Under the pieces are notes generated by a model, which saw only the letters and a list, made by a program, of their open reading frames with translations, was not told where the DNA came from and did not search any database. Below are positions 54,880 through 64,000 of a stretch of 64,000 nucleotides of DNA, piece by piece; the first letter of the stretch is position 1, and every line of letters starts with the position of its first letter. The stretch is from Pseudomonadota bacterium (lineage in GTDB: Bacteria > Pseudomonadota > Alphaproteobacteria > Rickettsiales > RGZB01), in the NCBI GenBank assembly GCA_010031735.1, contig RGZB01000001.1, forward strand, positions 86,411 through 150,410, given 5' to 3'. The position numbers and the translations under genes are program-made.

Positions 54880-57822
54880 CTACTTATTATTTTCTGATTT
54901 CGGGGATATCCACTCGTCCAGGCGCTGGATATAATCTAATTCTTTGATATTTTTAGATTTATCTTTAAAAGGGCGTGCATAATAAGGATGCGCCTCATCC
55001 AGGTAGGCGCTTAATATTTTAACAATCTCTGGTTGTATATTAGCCACACCCGATTCGGCCTTTACAGAGTCTCCGCTGGTGAATGCGTTGCCGAGTCGGT
55101 AGTAGATCATCTCTGCGGGTACCCCATGCACTGCCGTTCCAAAACCTGCATGTGCCAGTATCAGCCCTTCGAGCAACAATTGGGGGGAGAATCCCTGCTG
55201 GATATCCGCGCGCGTGGGAAGTCCACCCGTCTTAAAGTCGATGAGGGTGACATTGCCGTCCTTCCCGATCTCCAACCTGTCTGCCTTGGCCTTGAGCTCC
55301 ACCGTTTTCCCCGCCTCCGTCTTTATTTCTGCCTCACCCAATATCTCAGAATGGATACTCCTTCCGGTGCTGCGTGTCTCAGTATCGTATGCCACGAACC
55401 AGTGTGCGATCGCCTCTATCCTTGGCCACCATAAGGTATGGATGGAGGGTCGCGCCTCGAACCTCGAGAATGCTTCTGCTGCCAATTGCAGGAATAAGAC
55501 CTCTCCCTCACCGACACTCGCCGGCGGTTTTATGTTCGCTTGTTTGGTATAGCTATCGATCACAGCATGGATCAGTGAACCGAGGTCCGCCGCATCCGCT
55601 TCACTATCGATGGTGTCAAGCGGCCTCAGCTTAAGCAGATGGCGTACATAATAGAGATAGGGATTGCGCATCAGCGTCTCGAATTGCGTAGCATAGATAC
55701 TATGCGGCCGTGTACCAAGGGGTGGGTTTGCCACCGGCGGCGCGATGCCATGCATACCTTCGCTCTTCGGTGTGAAATACTCGCGTGCGGCATTCACCAG
55801 GCTTTCCCCATTGTAAACCTGTTCTTTTAAGCCCAATTTCTTAAGCACCACCTCAAGACGCATCAGCCACATCGATGGCATGGTCGGCGTACCCTCCACT
55901 TTGGCGGCGCGGGTGATCATCACCTCACGCGCGAAACAGAAGCTCACGAAATCATGTGCAGAAAGTCCGAGTTTGATTTCACTGCCGTTCATACCGAACT
56001 GGGATGCCATGGGCCTGCTCATCCATGCGCTCGATTCAAGCACCGGCCAACTGCCCTGGTTCATACCTGCGAGTATCATCATATCGAAGGAAAGTAACCG
56101 TGCCTCGATGGGGCTCAAGATCGTCAGTGCCGGATGTTGGCCGTAGGCTTTGCGGTAGATCGCACCGGCAAAGAGTGTCTCGAGGAGTTTGGTGTAATTA
56201 CACACCTCCGCCCGCGTGAACGCAGGGGCGGATGCATTCAGTGCCTGCAGGAATTCCCATGCGCGCTCACCTTCCTCACTACCCCATAAGCGCATGACAC
56301 CCGATTCTGTATCCGTGGCCGCGAGATTTTCAGCAAGCGCCAGATGGGCATGAAGGAGGGCCTTTAATGGCGCATGGTCTTCTTTGAATAGCTCACTGAA
56401 AGAAAGGGCGAGCGTATGAATCCGTTCAAGCCATTTCGCCAGCGCAGGGAGCTTCTGTTCCTCTAAGAGTGCGATCATTCCTGCCAGACCACCCACCACA
56501 CGCGGGCCTCGCAGCAATGCCACTTCGCATGCACGTACCTCTGCCCGGAAAGCAGCGGCGGATTGCCCTGCCGAACAGAGAGGATGTTTGAAGAGTGCCA
56601 GCATCTCCATGGGGGCGAACTGGGCCTGCACGGCCTCTGCCACCAATCGCACGAACACCATCGGGGTCGTGAGAAGCAGTGGCACACCCGCCGAATCGTC
56701 GACCACCACATCCCACACCCGCATGAGTGAAGAGACACGCCGCGCAAGCGCACGGTCGGTCGTGACCAAGCACGCTGTCTTGCCTTCTGTCTCGAGCACC
56801 TGGCGCAATTGCACGGCGATGACCGCCGCCTCTTCCTCCTGCGTTTCCGTTTCCACCACCATAAAATCTCGGGTGGCTTTCGGCGCGAGAGATTGAAGCG
56901 TTTGCCATGCACCGATGGTTTCGGTGGGGCGCATCACTTCCCTCATCAACTCCCCGCGTGCAGAAATATCCTTGCTGCCGCTTACCCATTCCGGGATTTT
57001 CAGGCGATCAACCCCGATGGTCTTGATCAACTGTTTGAGCGCATATTGCGGATGGTCCTCCTGCAGGATATTCCAGCTCGCTTCATCGATACCGGTATCG
57101 AGCGCTGAAAGCACCACCGCCCCTTGTTTCATGGATGCGATGGCCTTCAACAATTGTGCGGTGGCCGGGATACTACCCGTTGAACCCGCCGCAATCACCG
57201 GGTGCGTGGGCGGCGATTTTTCCCACTGCTCGACCTGCTTCTGCATGAGCAGGTTTTTCCGCCGCCATGTGTCGACAGCACCGCGCTTGGTAAGCTCTTC
57301 CTGCCAACGCTTCGGCAGTTCATATAAGAAACCAAGCGAGGTCTGCCAGTGCGCCGATAGTTCTGCCGGCACGATGTTCGGCAACTGGTCCCACGAAAGT
57401 TGTTCGCGCTCCACCTCATCGATGAAATGCCCGAGTTCGATCGCAAGCTGCAAGGCATGGTGATCACCGATGCCATACGGATTCTGCTGCATGCCATATT
57501 CCTTCACCAACTTCGTGAGGAGCAAGCGACGTTCCTGTGGTGCGATGGCAGGCGGGATATCGAGTGCGGCATCTGCATGCACGTGCAGCTCTTCTTCCTC
57601 CACATCACCGATACCGCGCATGATGGGTAGTAATGCCGCCTTACAACCCAGCACCGCCAAGAATGCTTTCGAGAGCGCACGCGCCGAACGGCGGTTCGGA
57701 AGCAGGATCGTAATCTGTGATAGGGTAAGCGGATCAGTGCCGTAACGTGCGACCACCCCTTCAGCCAATTGCTTCAGGAAATCACCTTCTGCAGGGATAT
57801 GAAAGATATTCTTAATATTCAT
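54880..57822 (-). CDS. addB: double-strand break repair protein AddB (alphaproteobacterial type)
   Basis: 980 aa. N-terminus IFHIPAEGDFLKQLA. C-terminal PD-(D/E)xK nuclease region ..DRLEIGKDGNVTLIDFKTG... No addA gene adjacent in this window. Confidence 0.85.
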   Translation of the reverse strand: MNIKNIFHIPAEGDFLKQLAEGVVARYGTDPLTLSQITILLPNRRSARALSKAFLAVLGCKAALLPIMRGIGDVEEEELHVHADAALDIPPAIAPQERRLLLTKLVKEYGMQQNPYGIGDHHALQLAIELGHFIDEVEREQLSWDQLPNIVPAELSAHWQTSLGFLYELPKRWQEELTKRGAVDTWRRKNLLMQKQVEQWEKSPPTHPVIAAGSTGSIPATAQLLKAIASMKQGAVVLSALDTGIDEASWNILQEDHPQYALKQLIKTIGVDRLKIPEWVSGSKDISARGELMREVMRPTETIGAWQTLQSLAPKATRDFMVVETETQEEEAAVIAVQLRQVLETEGKTACLVTTDRALARRVSSLMRVWDVVVDDSAGVPLLLTTPMVFVRLVAEAVQAQFAPMEMLALFKHPLCSAGQSAAAFRAEVRACEVALLRGPRVVGGLAGMIALLEEQKLPALAKWLERIHTLALSFSELFKEDHAPLKALLHAHLALAENLAATDTESGVMRLWGSEEGERAWEFLQALNASAPAFTRAEVCNYTKLLETLFAGAIYRKAYGQHPALTILSPIEARLLSFDMMILAGMNQGSWPVLESSAWMSRPMASQFGMNGSEIKLGLSAHDFVSFCFAREVMITRAAKVEGTPTMPSMWLMRLEVVLKKLGLKEQVYNGESLVNAAREYFTPKSEGMHGIAPPVANPPLGTRPHSIYATQFETLMRNPYLYYVRHLLKLRPLDTIDSEADAADLGSLIHAVIDSYTKQANIKPPASVGEGEVLFLQLAAEAFSRFEARPSIHTLWWPRIEAIAHWFVAYDTETRSTGRSIHSEILGEAEIKTEAGKTVELKAKADRLEIGKDGNVTLIDFKTGGLPTRADIQQGFSPQLLLEGLILAHAGFGTAVHGVPAEMIYYRLGNAFTSGDSVKAESGVANIQPEIVKILSAYLDEAHPYYARPFKDKSKNIKELDYIQRLDEWISPKSENNK

Positions 57823-57835
57823 TATATATCAATAT
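57819..57835. repeat. 17-nt block TCATTATATATCAATAT, identical copy at 62699-62715
   Basis: Read directly. Both copies lie at the left edge of a plus-strand cassette unit and are followed by TTAAC-containing sequence. The first copy contains the addB start codon. Confidence 0.85.
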
Positions 57836-57989
57836 GTTAATATGGTTAACTTGTAACAATAGTTTCACGTAAACCTAGCATGGATTTGCTAATATAGAAC
57901 TGGTTTTTCTCTGTTGGTGTTAGTGTTCTGTTCCACACCTTGTCTCACTCGTATGGTATTCGAGTGAAGACGCATCGGAGTACGGTCGA

Positions 57990-58292
57990 ATGGTTACGAT
58001 CCACATGTTCACAGCAGAGCTCGCAGCTCTCGAACACGGGCAAACGGTTACGAAGGGCAGCGTCACGATCAGCCTCGAAAACGTGCCGAACACCACGACG
58101 ATCAAGCTCAACGAGCAGCAGTTCGCAGATTTGACGCTGAGCACAAACGTCGAGGTGGCAGGGTACAAGCTGATCGCGCCGGACAAGAAGAAGGCTCCGC
58201 ACGACCCGATCATCGGTAAGATGCTCCCAGCGCAGGGCGAACCCATGGATAACCCGCCGATCGATGGCGCGGGTAACCCGGGCTGGCTGTGA
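57990..58292 (+). CDS. hypothetical small protein, GC3-rich cassette C10
   Basis: 100 aa, GGAG upstream, G/C-ending codons. The two antisense ORFs over the same DNA look like shadow frames. Confidence 0.65.
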   Translation: MVTIHMFTAELAALEHGQTVTKGSVTISLENVPNTTTIKLNEQQFADLTLSTNVEVAGYKLIAPDKKKAPHDPIIGKMLPAQGEPMDNPPIDGAGNPGWL

Positions 58293-58349
58293 CAAAGATT
58301 AGCCCAAGAAAAGAAGACTTAACCGGATTGGGCCCCGGTTAAGCACATG

Positions 58350-58380
58350 AAACCCCACGACCGTAAGGTTCGCGGGGTTT
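58350..58380 (+). terminator. intrinsic terminator of cassette C10 (conserved tail)
   Basis: AAACCCCaCGAcC-gtaa-GgTTCGcGGGGTTT + TGTGTTTTTAGGGC. Preceded by a second hairpin CTTAACCGG..CCGGTTAAG (58318-58343). Confidence 0.7.
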
Positions 58381-58395
58381 TGTGTTTTTAGGGCA

Positions 58396-58626
58396 TTAAA
58401 GCTTGGTGATTTTGTTTTTGCGGTTCGCGATCAGGTCGAACACGCGTTGCACCACATAATTCACCACCAGGATAATAGCCGCCAGCGCGATGGCATAAAG
58501 CGCCGTGATAATCGTAAGCGCTGCAAAAAGATACAGCACCCCGATAAATATCACCAGCAGGCATACCCCTTTAAGCGTGATCGGCATACGTTTACCTGTG
58601 ACAACGAAACGCACGGACTCTTTCAT
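58396..58626 (-). CDS. hypothetical small membrane protein (76 aa, 2 TM)
   Basis: ATG immediately follows the uvrA stop. Host-like codon usage. Two hydrophobic helices. Confidence 0.55.
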   Translation of the reverse strand: MKESVRFVVTGKRMPITLKGVCLLVIFIGVLYLFAALTIITALYAIALAAIILVVNYVVQRVFDLIANRKNKITKL

Positions 58627-61497
58627 TTAGGCGACTTTCTTTTTCTGGGTCAGTAACGGCTTGAGGAATTTACCGGTGATGCTGTCTTTCTTTGCAGCCA
58701 CCTGCTCCGGCGTCCCTTCCGCGACCACGTTGCCGCCGTGCATACCGCCACCCGGCCCGATATCGATCACCCAATCCGCTGTCTTGATCACATCGAGATT
58801 ATGTTCGATCACGATCATGGTATTACCGGCATCTACGAGCGTATGTAGAACCTTCAGAAGTTTGTTCACGTCATCCGTATGCAGACCCGTCGTCGGTTCG
58901 TCTAGAATATAGAGTGTCCGACCCGTCGCACGTTTGGAAAGTTCTTTCGCCAGTTTCACGCGCTGCGCCTCACCGCCCGAAAGTGTTGTGGCCGATTGGC
59001 CGAGTTGTATGTAGCCAAGGCCCACGTCTTTCAGCGCCTGTATCTTCTCGCGCACCACCGGGTTCGATTGGAAGAATTCAAGCGCCTCATCGATCGTCAT
59101 GTTCAGTACATCGGCAATCGATTTGCCTTTATATTTGATCTCGAGTGTCTCGCGGTTATAGCGCTGGCCATGGCACGCATCGCACTTCACATACACGTCC
59201 GGCAGGAAGTGCATTTCGATTTTGATCACCCCATCACCTTGGCAGGTTTCGCAGCGTCCACCCTTCACGTTGAAGGAGAAGCGGCCGGCTTTATAGCCTC
59301 TCGCCTTCGCTTCCGGCAAGCCTGTGAACCAATCACGGATCGGCGAGAACGCACCGACATAGGTTGCCGGGTTCGAGCGCGGCGTGCGCCCGATCGGGGA
59401 TTGATCGATCTCGATGATCTTATCGATATATTCAAGGCCACGGATAGCATCATGCGGCCCCGGATTATCGCGGGAACCGTGCAGGCGTTTTGCAATCGCC
59501 TTATACAGCGTCTGGATGATAAGGCTCGATTTGCCGCCACCCGAAACACCCGTCACCGCCGTCATCACGTTCAGCGGAATATCTACCGTCACGTTCTTCA
59601 AGTTGTTCGCCCGCGCATTCACGATGCGGATTTTACGGTCCTGTTTATCTTTGCGACGTTTGGTCGGAACCGCGATGAATTTATCGCCGCGTAAGTAAGC
59701 AGCCGTAATCGACTCTTTCGATTTCATCACCTGCTGTGGTGTACCCTGCGCGATGATGTGACCACCATGCTCACCCGCGCCCAAACCCATATCGATCAGG
59801 TAGTCCGCGGCGCGTTTCGTATCTTCATCATGCTCCACCACGATCACCGTGTTGCCGAGTTCTTTTAAGCTACGAAGTGTCTCAAGCAAGCGTTGGTTGT
59901 CGCATTGGTGCAGTCCGATCGACGGCTCATCGAGGACATATAACACGCCCGACAGACCCGAACCGATCTGCGATGCCAGGCGGATGCGCTGGCTCTCACC
60001 ACCGGATAAGGTGCCGGCACTGCGCGCGAGCGTCAGATAATCCAGCCCGACGTTATTGAGGAAACCTAAACGGCGTTTGATTTCCATCAGGATGCGTTCC
60101 GCGATTTTCTTATGCGTGGCAGAAAGCTTCTTCGGCAGCTCATCAAACCACCTAACCGCGTTTTCGATCGTCATCTCACAGATCTGGCCGATATGTTTTT
60201 CTGCGACCTTCACACACAGCGCTTCCGGCTTCAGGCGGTAACCATTACACGCCTTACATTCCGTCACGTTCTGGTATTTGCTGATTTCTTCACGCGCCCA
60301 CTCGCTTTCGGTTTCCCTCCAGCGGCGCTCTAAGTTGCGGATGATACCTTCGAAGGGTTTGTTGGTGGTGAACACGCGGAAGCCATCGTCATATTTCATT
60401 TTCACGATTTCTTCACCCGAACCGTACAGCAGGATGTCTTTCGCTTCCTTCGGCAGGTCTTTCCATGGCTTATCCAGGCTGAAACGGAAATGCGAGGAGA
60501 GTCCTTGAAGCGCCTGTGCGTAGAACTTGCTATGTGAACCGCTCCATGGCGCGATCGCACCTTCGTTGATGGTGAGCGCTTCGTTCGGCACCACCGCGGA
60601 AGGATCGAAGAATATCTCGGTCCCCAACCCATCGCACACCGGGCAGGCGCCGTACGGGCTGTTGAACGAAAAGATGCGAGGTTCGATCTCGGAGAGTTGG
60701 AAGCCGGAAATCGGGCACGCGAATTTTTCTGAGAAGGTGATGAGCTCACCCACTTTCGGTGATTTGGTTTTTTCAGGAACACCCACTACTTCCACCACGA
60801 GCAGACCGTCCGATAAACGCAGGGCATTCTCGATGCTATCGGCCAGGCGGTTGCCGAGGGTTTTCGAAACCACCAGGCGATCCACCACCACTTCGATCGT
60901 GTGCTTTTTGTTTTTATCGATCGCGGGAAGCTGGTCGATCTCATGGACGGTACCGTCCACTTTGATACGCGTATAGCCCGCCTTCTTGATCTCTTGCAAT
61001 TCCTTGCGGTGTTCGCCTTTGCCACCGCGCACGATAGGTGCCAGCAGGTAGATCTTCGTACCTTCCGGTAATGCGTTCACTTTGTCCACCATCTGCGAAA
61101 CGCTCTGGCTTTCGATCGGCAGTCCCGTCGCCGGGGAATACGGGATACCGATGCGCGCATATAAGAGACGGAGATAATCGTAGATCTCGGTGACCGTCGC
61201 CACCGTTGAGCGCGGGTTGCGCGAGGTGGTCTTCTGGTCGATGGCGATCGCGGGGGATAGACCGGTGATGGATTCCACATCCGGCTTATCCTGCATTTCT
61301 AGGAACTGGCGTGCGTAAGCAGATAAGCTCTCCACATAGCGGCGCTGGCCCTCGGCGTAGATCGTGTCGAACGCAAGCGACGATTTGCCGGAACCGGAAA
61401 GTCCCGTGATCACCACGAACTGGTTGCGCGGTATATCGACGGATACGTTTTTCAGATTGTGCTCTTTGGCACCGCGAACGCTGATGAATTCTTCCAT
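58627..61497 (-). CDS. uvrA: excinuclease ABC subunit A
   Basis: Two ABC ATPase modules ([20 protein letters not shown]), zinc-finger Cys clusters, 956 aa. Confidence 0.95.
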   Translation of the reverse strand: MEEFISVRGAKEHNLKNVSVDIPRNQFVVITGLSGSGKSSLAFDTIYAEGQRRYVESLSAYARQFLEMQDKPDVESITGLSPAIAIDQKTTSRNPRSTVATVTEIYDYLRLLYARIGIPYSPATGLPIESQSVSQMVDKVNALPEGTKIYLLAPIVRGGKGEHRKELQEIKKAGYTRIKVDGTVHEIDQLPAIDKNKKHTIEVVVDRLVVSKTLGNRLADSIENALRLSDGLLVVEVVGVPEKTKSPKVGELITFSEKFACPISGFQLSEIEPRIFSFNSPYGACPVCDGLGTEIFFDPSAVVPNEALTINEGAIAPWSGSHSKFYAQALQGLSSHFRFSLDKPWKDLPKEAKDILLYGSGEEIVKMKYDDGFRVFTTNKPFEGIIRNLERRWRETESEWAREEISKYQNVTECKACNGYRLKPEALCVKVAEKHIGQICEMTIENAVRWFDELPKKLSATHKKIAERILMEIKRRLGFLNNVGLDYLTLARSAGTLSGGESQRIRLASQIGSGLSGVLYVLDEPSIGLHQCDNQRLLETLRSLKELGNTVIVVEHDEDTKRAADYLIDMGLGAGEHGGHIIAQGTPQQVMKSKESITAAYLRGDKFIAVPTKRRKDKQDRKIRIVNARANNLKNVTVDIPLNVMTAVTGVSGGGKSSLIIQTLYKAIAKRLHGSRDNPGPHDAIRGLEYIDKIIEIDQSPIGRTPRSNPATYVGAFSPIRDWFTGLPEAKARGYKAGRFSFNVKGGRCETCQGDGVIKIEMHFLPDVYVKCDACHGQRYNRETLEIKYKGKSIADVLNMTIDEALEFFQSNPVVREKIQALKDVGLGYIQLGQSATTLSGGEAQRVKLAKELSKRATGRTLYILDEPTTGLHTDDVNKLLKVLHTLVDAGNTMIVIEHNLDVIKTADWVIDIGPGGGMHGGNVVAEGTPEQVAAKKDSITGKFLKPLLTQKKKVA

Positions 61498-61620
61498 AAC
61501 CTACACTAAAATAAGGGTAATAAAACGGGGCGATAAAATCTCTTGAACTGCTATAGATATGGTATAGGCTACCCTCTTTCAAGTGCTACTTAGGTTATTT
61601 TTGATAAAGGAGATAGGCGT

Positions 61621-62115
61621 ATGGCTGGCAGTGTAAATAAAGTGATGTTGATCGGCAATCTTGGTAAGGATCCGGAGATCCGCTCCACGCAGGATGGCAA
61701 GGAAATCGCACACATTACGCTCGCAACGTCCGACTCCTGGCGCGATAAGAACACCGGCGAACGCCGTGAGAAAACCGAATGGCACCGCGTCGTGATTTTC
61801 AACGATGGCCTGGTCAGCATCGCGAAGAAATACCTGCATAAAGGTTCCAAAGTATTTGTAGAGGGCTCCCTCCAGACCCGTAAATGGACGGATCAATCCG
61901 GCCAGGAAAAATACACCACCGAAGTCGTGGTGCAAGGTTTTGGCGGCGCACTCACCATGCTCGACACCCGCAACAACAGCGGCGAAGGCTCGAGCGAATA
62001 TGGCCAAAGCGGCGGCAATGCTTCTTACAGCAATAACAACTCTCACTCGGCGGCACCGGTTGCATCCAAAGTGAAAGAGCCGGCGCACGCACTGGATGAT
62101 GACATCCCGTTCTGA
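61621..62115 (+). CDS. ssb: single-stranded DNA-binding protein
   Basis: OB-fold N-terminus [14 protein letters not shown]. Gly/Ser-rich linker. C-terminal tip LDDDIPF. Confidence 0.95.
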   Translation: MAGSVNKVMLIGNLGKDPEIRSTQDGKEIAHITLATSDSWRDKNTGERREKTEWHRVVIFNDGLVSIAKKYLHKGSKVFVEGSLQTRKWTDQSGQEKYTTEVVVQGFGGALTMLDTRNNSGEGSSEYGQSGGNASYSNNNSHSAAPVASKVKEPAHALDDDIPF

Positions 62116-62166
62116 TCGGCAGCGTCCGTAAGGTCCGTTTAGCTATTCATTACATCCATTCCCTTG

Positions 62167-62688
62167 ATGAGATATCTCGCAATTTTGCTGGTATTCATGC
62201 TGTGCGCTTCGTGCGCCACGATGGAACGCGCCTCCGCACCGCCCGAGATGAAGGGCAAGGTCGAGCGCGCCGATAAGATCGTCGTGTTCAAAAAGCGCCG
62301 CACGATGTATCTCATGCAGGACGGTCAATCCATCCGCAAATACCCGATCTCCGTGGGTCGCAACCCCGTAGGACAGAAGATCAAGAAAGGTGATCAGCGC
62401 ACGCCGGAAGGCCTGTATCGCATCATCAACAAAAAGCCGCACAGTATCTATTACCGCTCGCTGCAGATCTCCTACCCAAACGCGACCGACATCGCCAATG
62501 CGCGTAAACGTAAAGTGAATCCGGGTGGCGATATCGTCATCCACGGCTTTAAACGCGGGCGCGATGCGTTCGATAAAGAGATCGATTATTTCGACTACAC
62601 CGACGGCTGCATCCGCGTCAGCAACGCCGATCTCGACGAAATCTGGTCGCTTGTGCCCATCGGCACCCCCATCCAGATCAATCCATAA
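62167..62688 (+). CDS. L,D-transpeptidase (YkuD domain) protein
   Basis: Signal peptide. HG..GCIRVSNADLDEIW catalytic Cys motif. The ORF-track TTG start is 3 nt upstream. Confidence 0.85.
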   Translation: MRYLAILLVFMLCASCATMERASAPPEMKGKVERADKIVVFKKRRTMYLMQDGQSIRKYPISVGRNPVGQKIKKGDQRTPEGLYRIINKKPHSIYYRSLQISYPNATDIANARKRKVNPGGDIVIHGFKRGRDAFDKEIDYFDYTDGCIRVSNADLDEIWSLVPIGTPIQINP

Positions 62689-62698
62689 TTAATAATTA

Positions 62699-62715
62699 TC
62701 ATTATATATCAATAT
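62699..62715. repeat. second copy of 17-nt block TCATTATATATCAATAT
   Basis: Identical to 57819-57835. Confidence 0.85.
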
Positions 62716-62725
62716 ATTATATCGT

Positions 62726-62769
62726 TTAACATATATTTAACATTATTTTATTGTTATTTATGGCATAGT
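62726..62769 (+). promoter_or_regulatory. putative promoter of C11 with perfect TTAA-N7-TTAAC box
   Basis: TTAAcatatatTTAAC (62726-62741), then TTAACA-N21-CATAGT. The 26-nt block CGTTTAACATATATTTAACATTATTT recurs at 63453-63478 (25/26 identical). Confidence 0.5.
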
Positions 62770-62978
62770 GTCTTTGCATTTTACCACACGTGGTTTCAGA
62801 ACAGGGTCCGTTCTCTTTTTATTCTTCCCCCAACCAAAACAACACACGGGAAGATACGCTGCAGCAAAGCCATACCAGGACAACGATCTCCATGAGAGAT
62901 TTACCGGTATACGTAGGCTAGCTGAAGTAGAGAGAATCGATCCTGTTGCTGAAACCACTTCGGAAAGCGAGGTGGAAA

Positions 62979-63374
62979 ATGCAGACCATGATCCTGTTGG
63001 GCGGCAAGTTGACGATCCAGGCCTGCGAGTTGGAGAACGCCTTCGGCCTCATCGTCAACGGTGAGACGCGGAGCGTCAGCAAGTACCCGCACCCGCACGT
63101 GCCGACGCCGAAGGAGATCGACGCGGCGGTGCAGACGGCGATCGACTTCCTGATCAGCCAGGGCTACGACATCACGATGCCGCTGCCGGTCGAGGAGATC
63201 ACGCCGCTCGACGAGGTGCTGGACGCCATCCCGGTGGACAGCGACGTGATGCTGGTCCCCGACGACGACGTGATCGACCTGGGCAAGGAGCTGCTCGAGG
63301 GCGGCACGACCGAGGAGAAGCCGGACGACAACGAGATGTTCGGGGGCTACAAGCACCCCTGGGACAACGAGTAA
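62979..63374 (+). CDS. hypothetical acidic protein, GC3-rich cassette C11
   Basis: 131 aa from the ATG at 62979 (GAGGTGG SD). The ORF-track TTG at 62946 lies in the lower-GC leader. G/C-ending codons. Confidence 0.7.
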   Translation: MQTMILLGGKLTIQACELENAFGLIVNGETRSVSKYPHPHVPTPKEIDAAVQTAIDFLISQGYDITMPLPVEEITPLDEVLDAIPVDSDVMLVPDDDVIDLGKELLEGGTTEEKPDDNEMFGGYKHPWDNE

Positions 63375-63395
63375 CAACTGACTGAGTGACCTACA

Positions 63396-63427
63396 GAGGG
63401 CTTCGTGGATTAAACCACGAGGCCCTC
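63396..63427 (+). terminator. intrinsic terminator of cassette C11
   Basis: GAGGGCtTCGTGG-attaaa-CCACGAgGCCCTC + GCCTTTTCTAGGGTAT. The pre-stem ACCTACAG is shared with 63933-63940. Confidence 0.7.
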
Positions 63428-63455
63428 GCCTTTTCTAGGGTATCTCCACCTACGT

Positions 63456-63498
63456 TTCACATATATTTAACATTATTTCCCTGTGATTTATATATAAT
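63456..63498 (+). promoter_or_regulatory. putative promoter of C12: TTcA-N7-TTAAC, TTAACA-N20-TATAAT
   Basis: TTAACAttatttccctgtgatttataTATAAT. One mismatch to the full box. Confidence 0.5.
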
Positions 63499-63631
63499 GA
63501 AGGCTCGTCCATACCGTTAGGTTACAGAGCCCAGAACATCCGGTTCTTCCAGAGAATCCCAAAAGCCAGTCAGAAACTGTGCTCCGGGTGCTATGGATCT
63601 GTGCCTACCAACACGAAGGGTTGGTGTCGAG

Positions 63632-63886
63632 ATGGTGATGGTGTACGGCTGGAGCTGGTGGATGTACCTGCTGGTGTTCCCGTTCTTCTACAAGCAGTAC
63701 TGGGTGAAGATGGCGGGCGGGAAGTGGTGTACGGTGGAGAAGTTCGTTCGCGCCTACCCGCACGAGCAGCCCTGCATCTGCAAGAAGATCGGCAACCTGT
63801 GGGTGATCACCGACGTGTTCTACCTGAACAAGCAGCACCAGGTGGTGAAGTTCCACCACGAGCCGCCGCTGATGATCGACGACTGA
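63632..63886 (+). CDS. hypothetical Trp/aromatic-rich small membrane protein, GC3-rich cassette C12
   Basis: 84 aa from the ATG at 63632 (MVMVYGWSWWMYLLVFPFFYKQYW..). The 13 codons upstream of it (ORF-track start 63593) are not GC3-rich, so the exact start is uncertain. Confidence 0.55.
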   Translation: MVMVYGWSWWMYLLVFPFFYKQYWVKMAGGKWCTVEKFVRAYPHEQPCICKKIGNLWVITDVFYLNKQHQVVKFHHEPPLMIDD

Positions 63887-63939
63887 CAGATTCCCTACTC
63901 TGAACACGACAGAGTCTAAAAAAATGTGGAGAACCTACA

Positions 63940-63968
63940 GGGGGCGTCGTGCGAAAGCACGGGCCCCC
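63940..63968 (+). terminator. intrinsic terminator of cassette C12
   Basis: GGGGGCgtCGTGC-gaaa-GCACGgGCCCCC + GACATTTTTTAGGGTGTG. Confidence 0.7.
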
Positions 63969-64000
63969 GACATTTTTTAGGGTGTGCAATGCACCATCAT

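Noticed and set aside
61498-61620. SOS (LexA) operator in the divergent uvrA-ssb promoter region
   Set aside because: Only a single GAAC (61545-61548) followed by GATA after 7 nt. This does not match the alphaproteobacterial GAAC-N7-GAAC / GTTC-N7-GTTC direct repeat.

Overview
This is a 64-kb chromosomal segment that looks alphaproteobacterial: it has a PopZ homolog, RpoH, an AddB-type repair protein, CcmC and a rimP-nusA-ylxR-infB-rbfA-truB-rpsO-pnp block. About 50 ordinary core genes are present (glnE, bcp, pyrB/C/E/F, folK/P, tadA, cmoA, mlaA/C, metF, argC/D/F, rpsI, rplM, rluD, rpoH, ccmC, fdxA, carD, glnA, phasin, addB, uvrA, ssb). No rRNA, tRNA, CRISPR, transposase or integrase was seen.

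The notable content is accessory DNA wedged into intergenic sites:
- **Mini-gene cassettes.** Twelve small ORFs (41-188 aa) have almost exclusively G/C-ending codons, unlike the AAA/GAA/CGT usage of the core genes. Each is a self-contained unit: AT-rich promoter, 125-290 nt leader, ORF, then a strong hairpin terminator with a conserved ..GTGTTT(T)TAGGG tail. They occur singly or in head-to-tail arrays at six sites, one of which splits pyrB from pyrC.
- **Shared promoter class.** Thirteen accessory transcription units carry a TTAAC element (TTAACCAT or TTAA-N7-TTAAC, the CtrA consensus). They comprise nine cassettes and four lower-GC ORFan units. The element lies a fixed 20-21 nt upstream of a -10-like hexamer. 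The core-gene promoters I inspected are TTGACA-type.
- **pnp.** It appears broken by an internal deletion of about 130 nt.

All functional interpretation of the cassettes is inference. None of the cassette proteins is recognisable to me.
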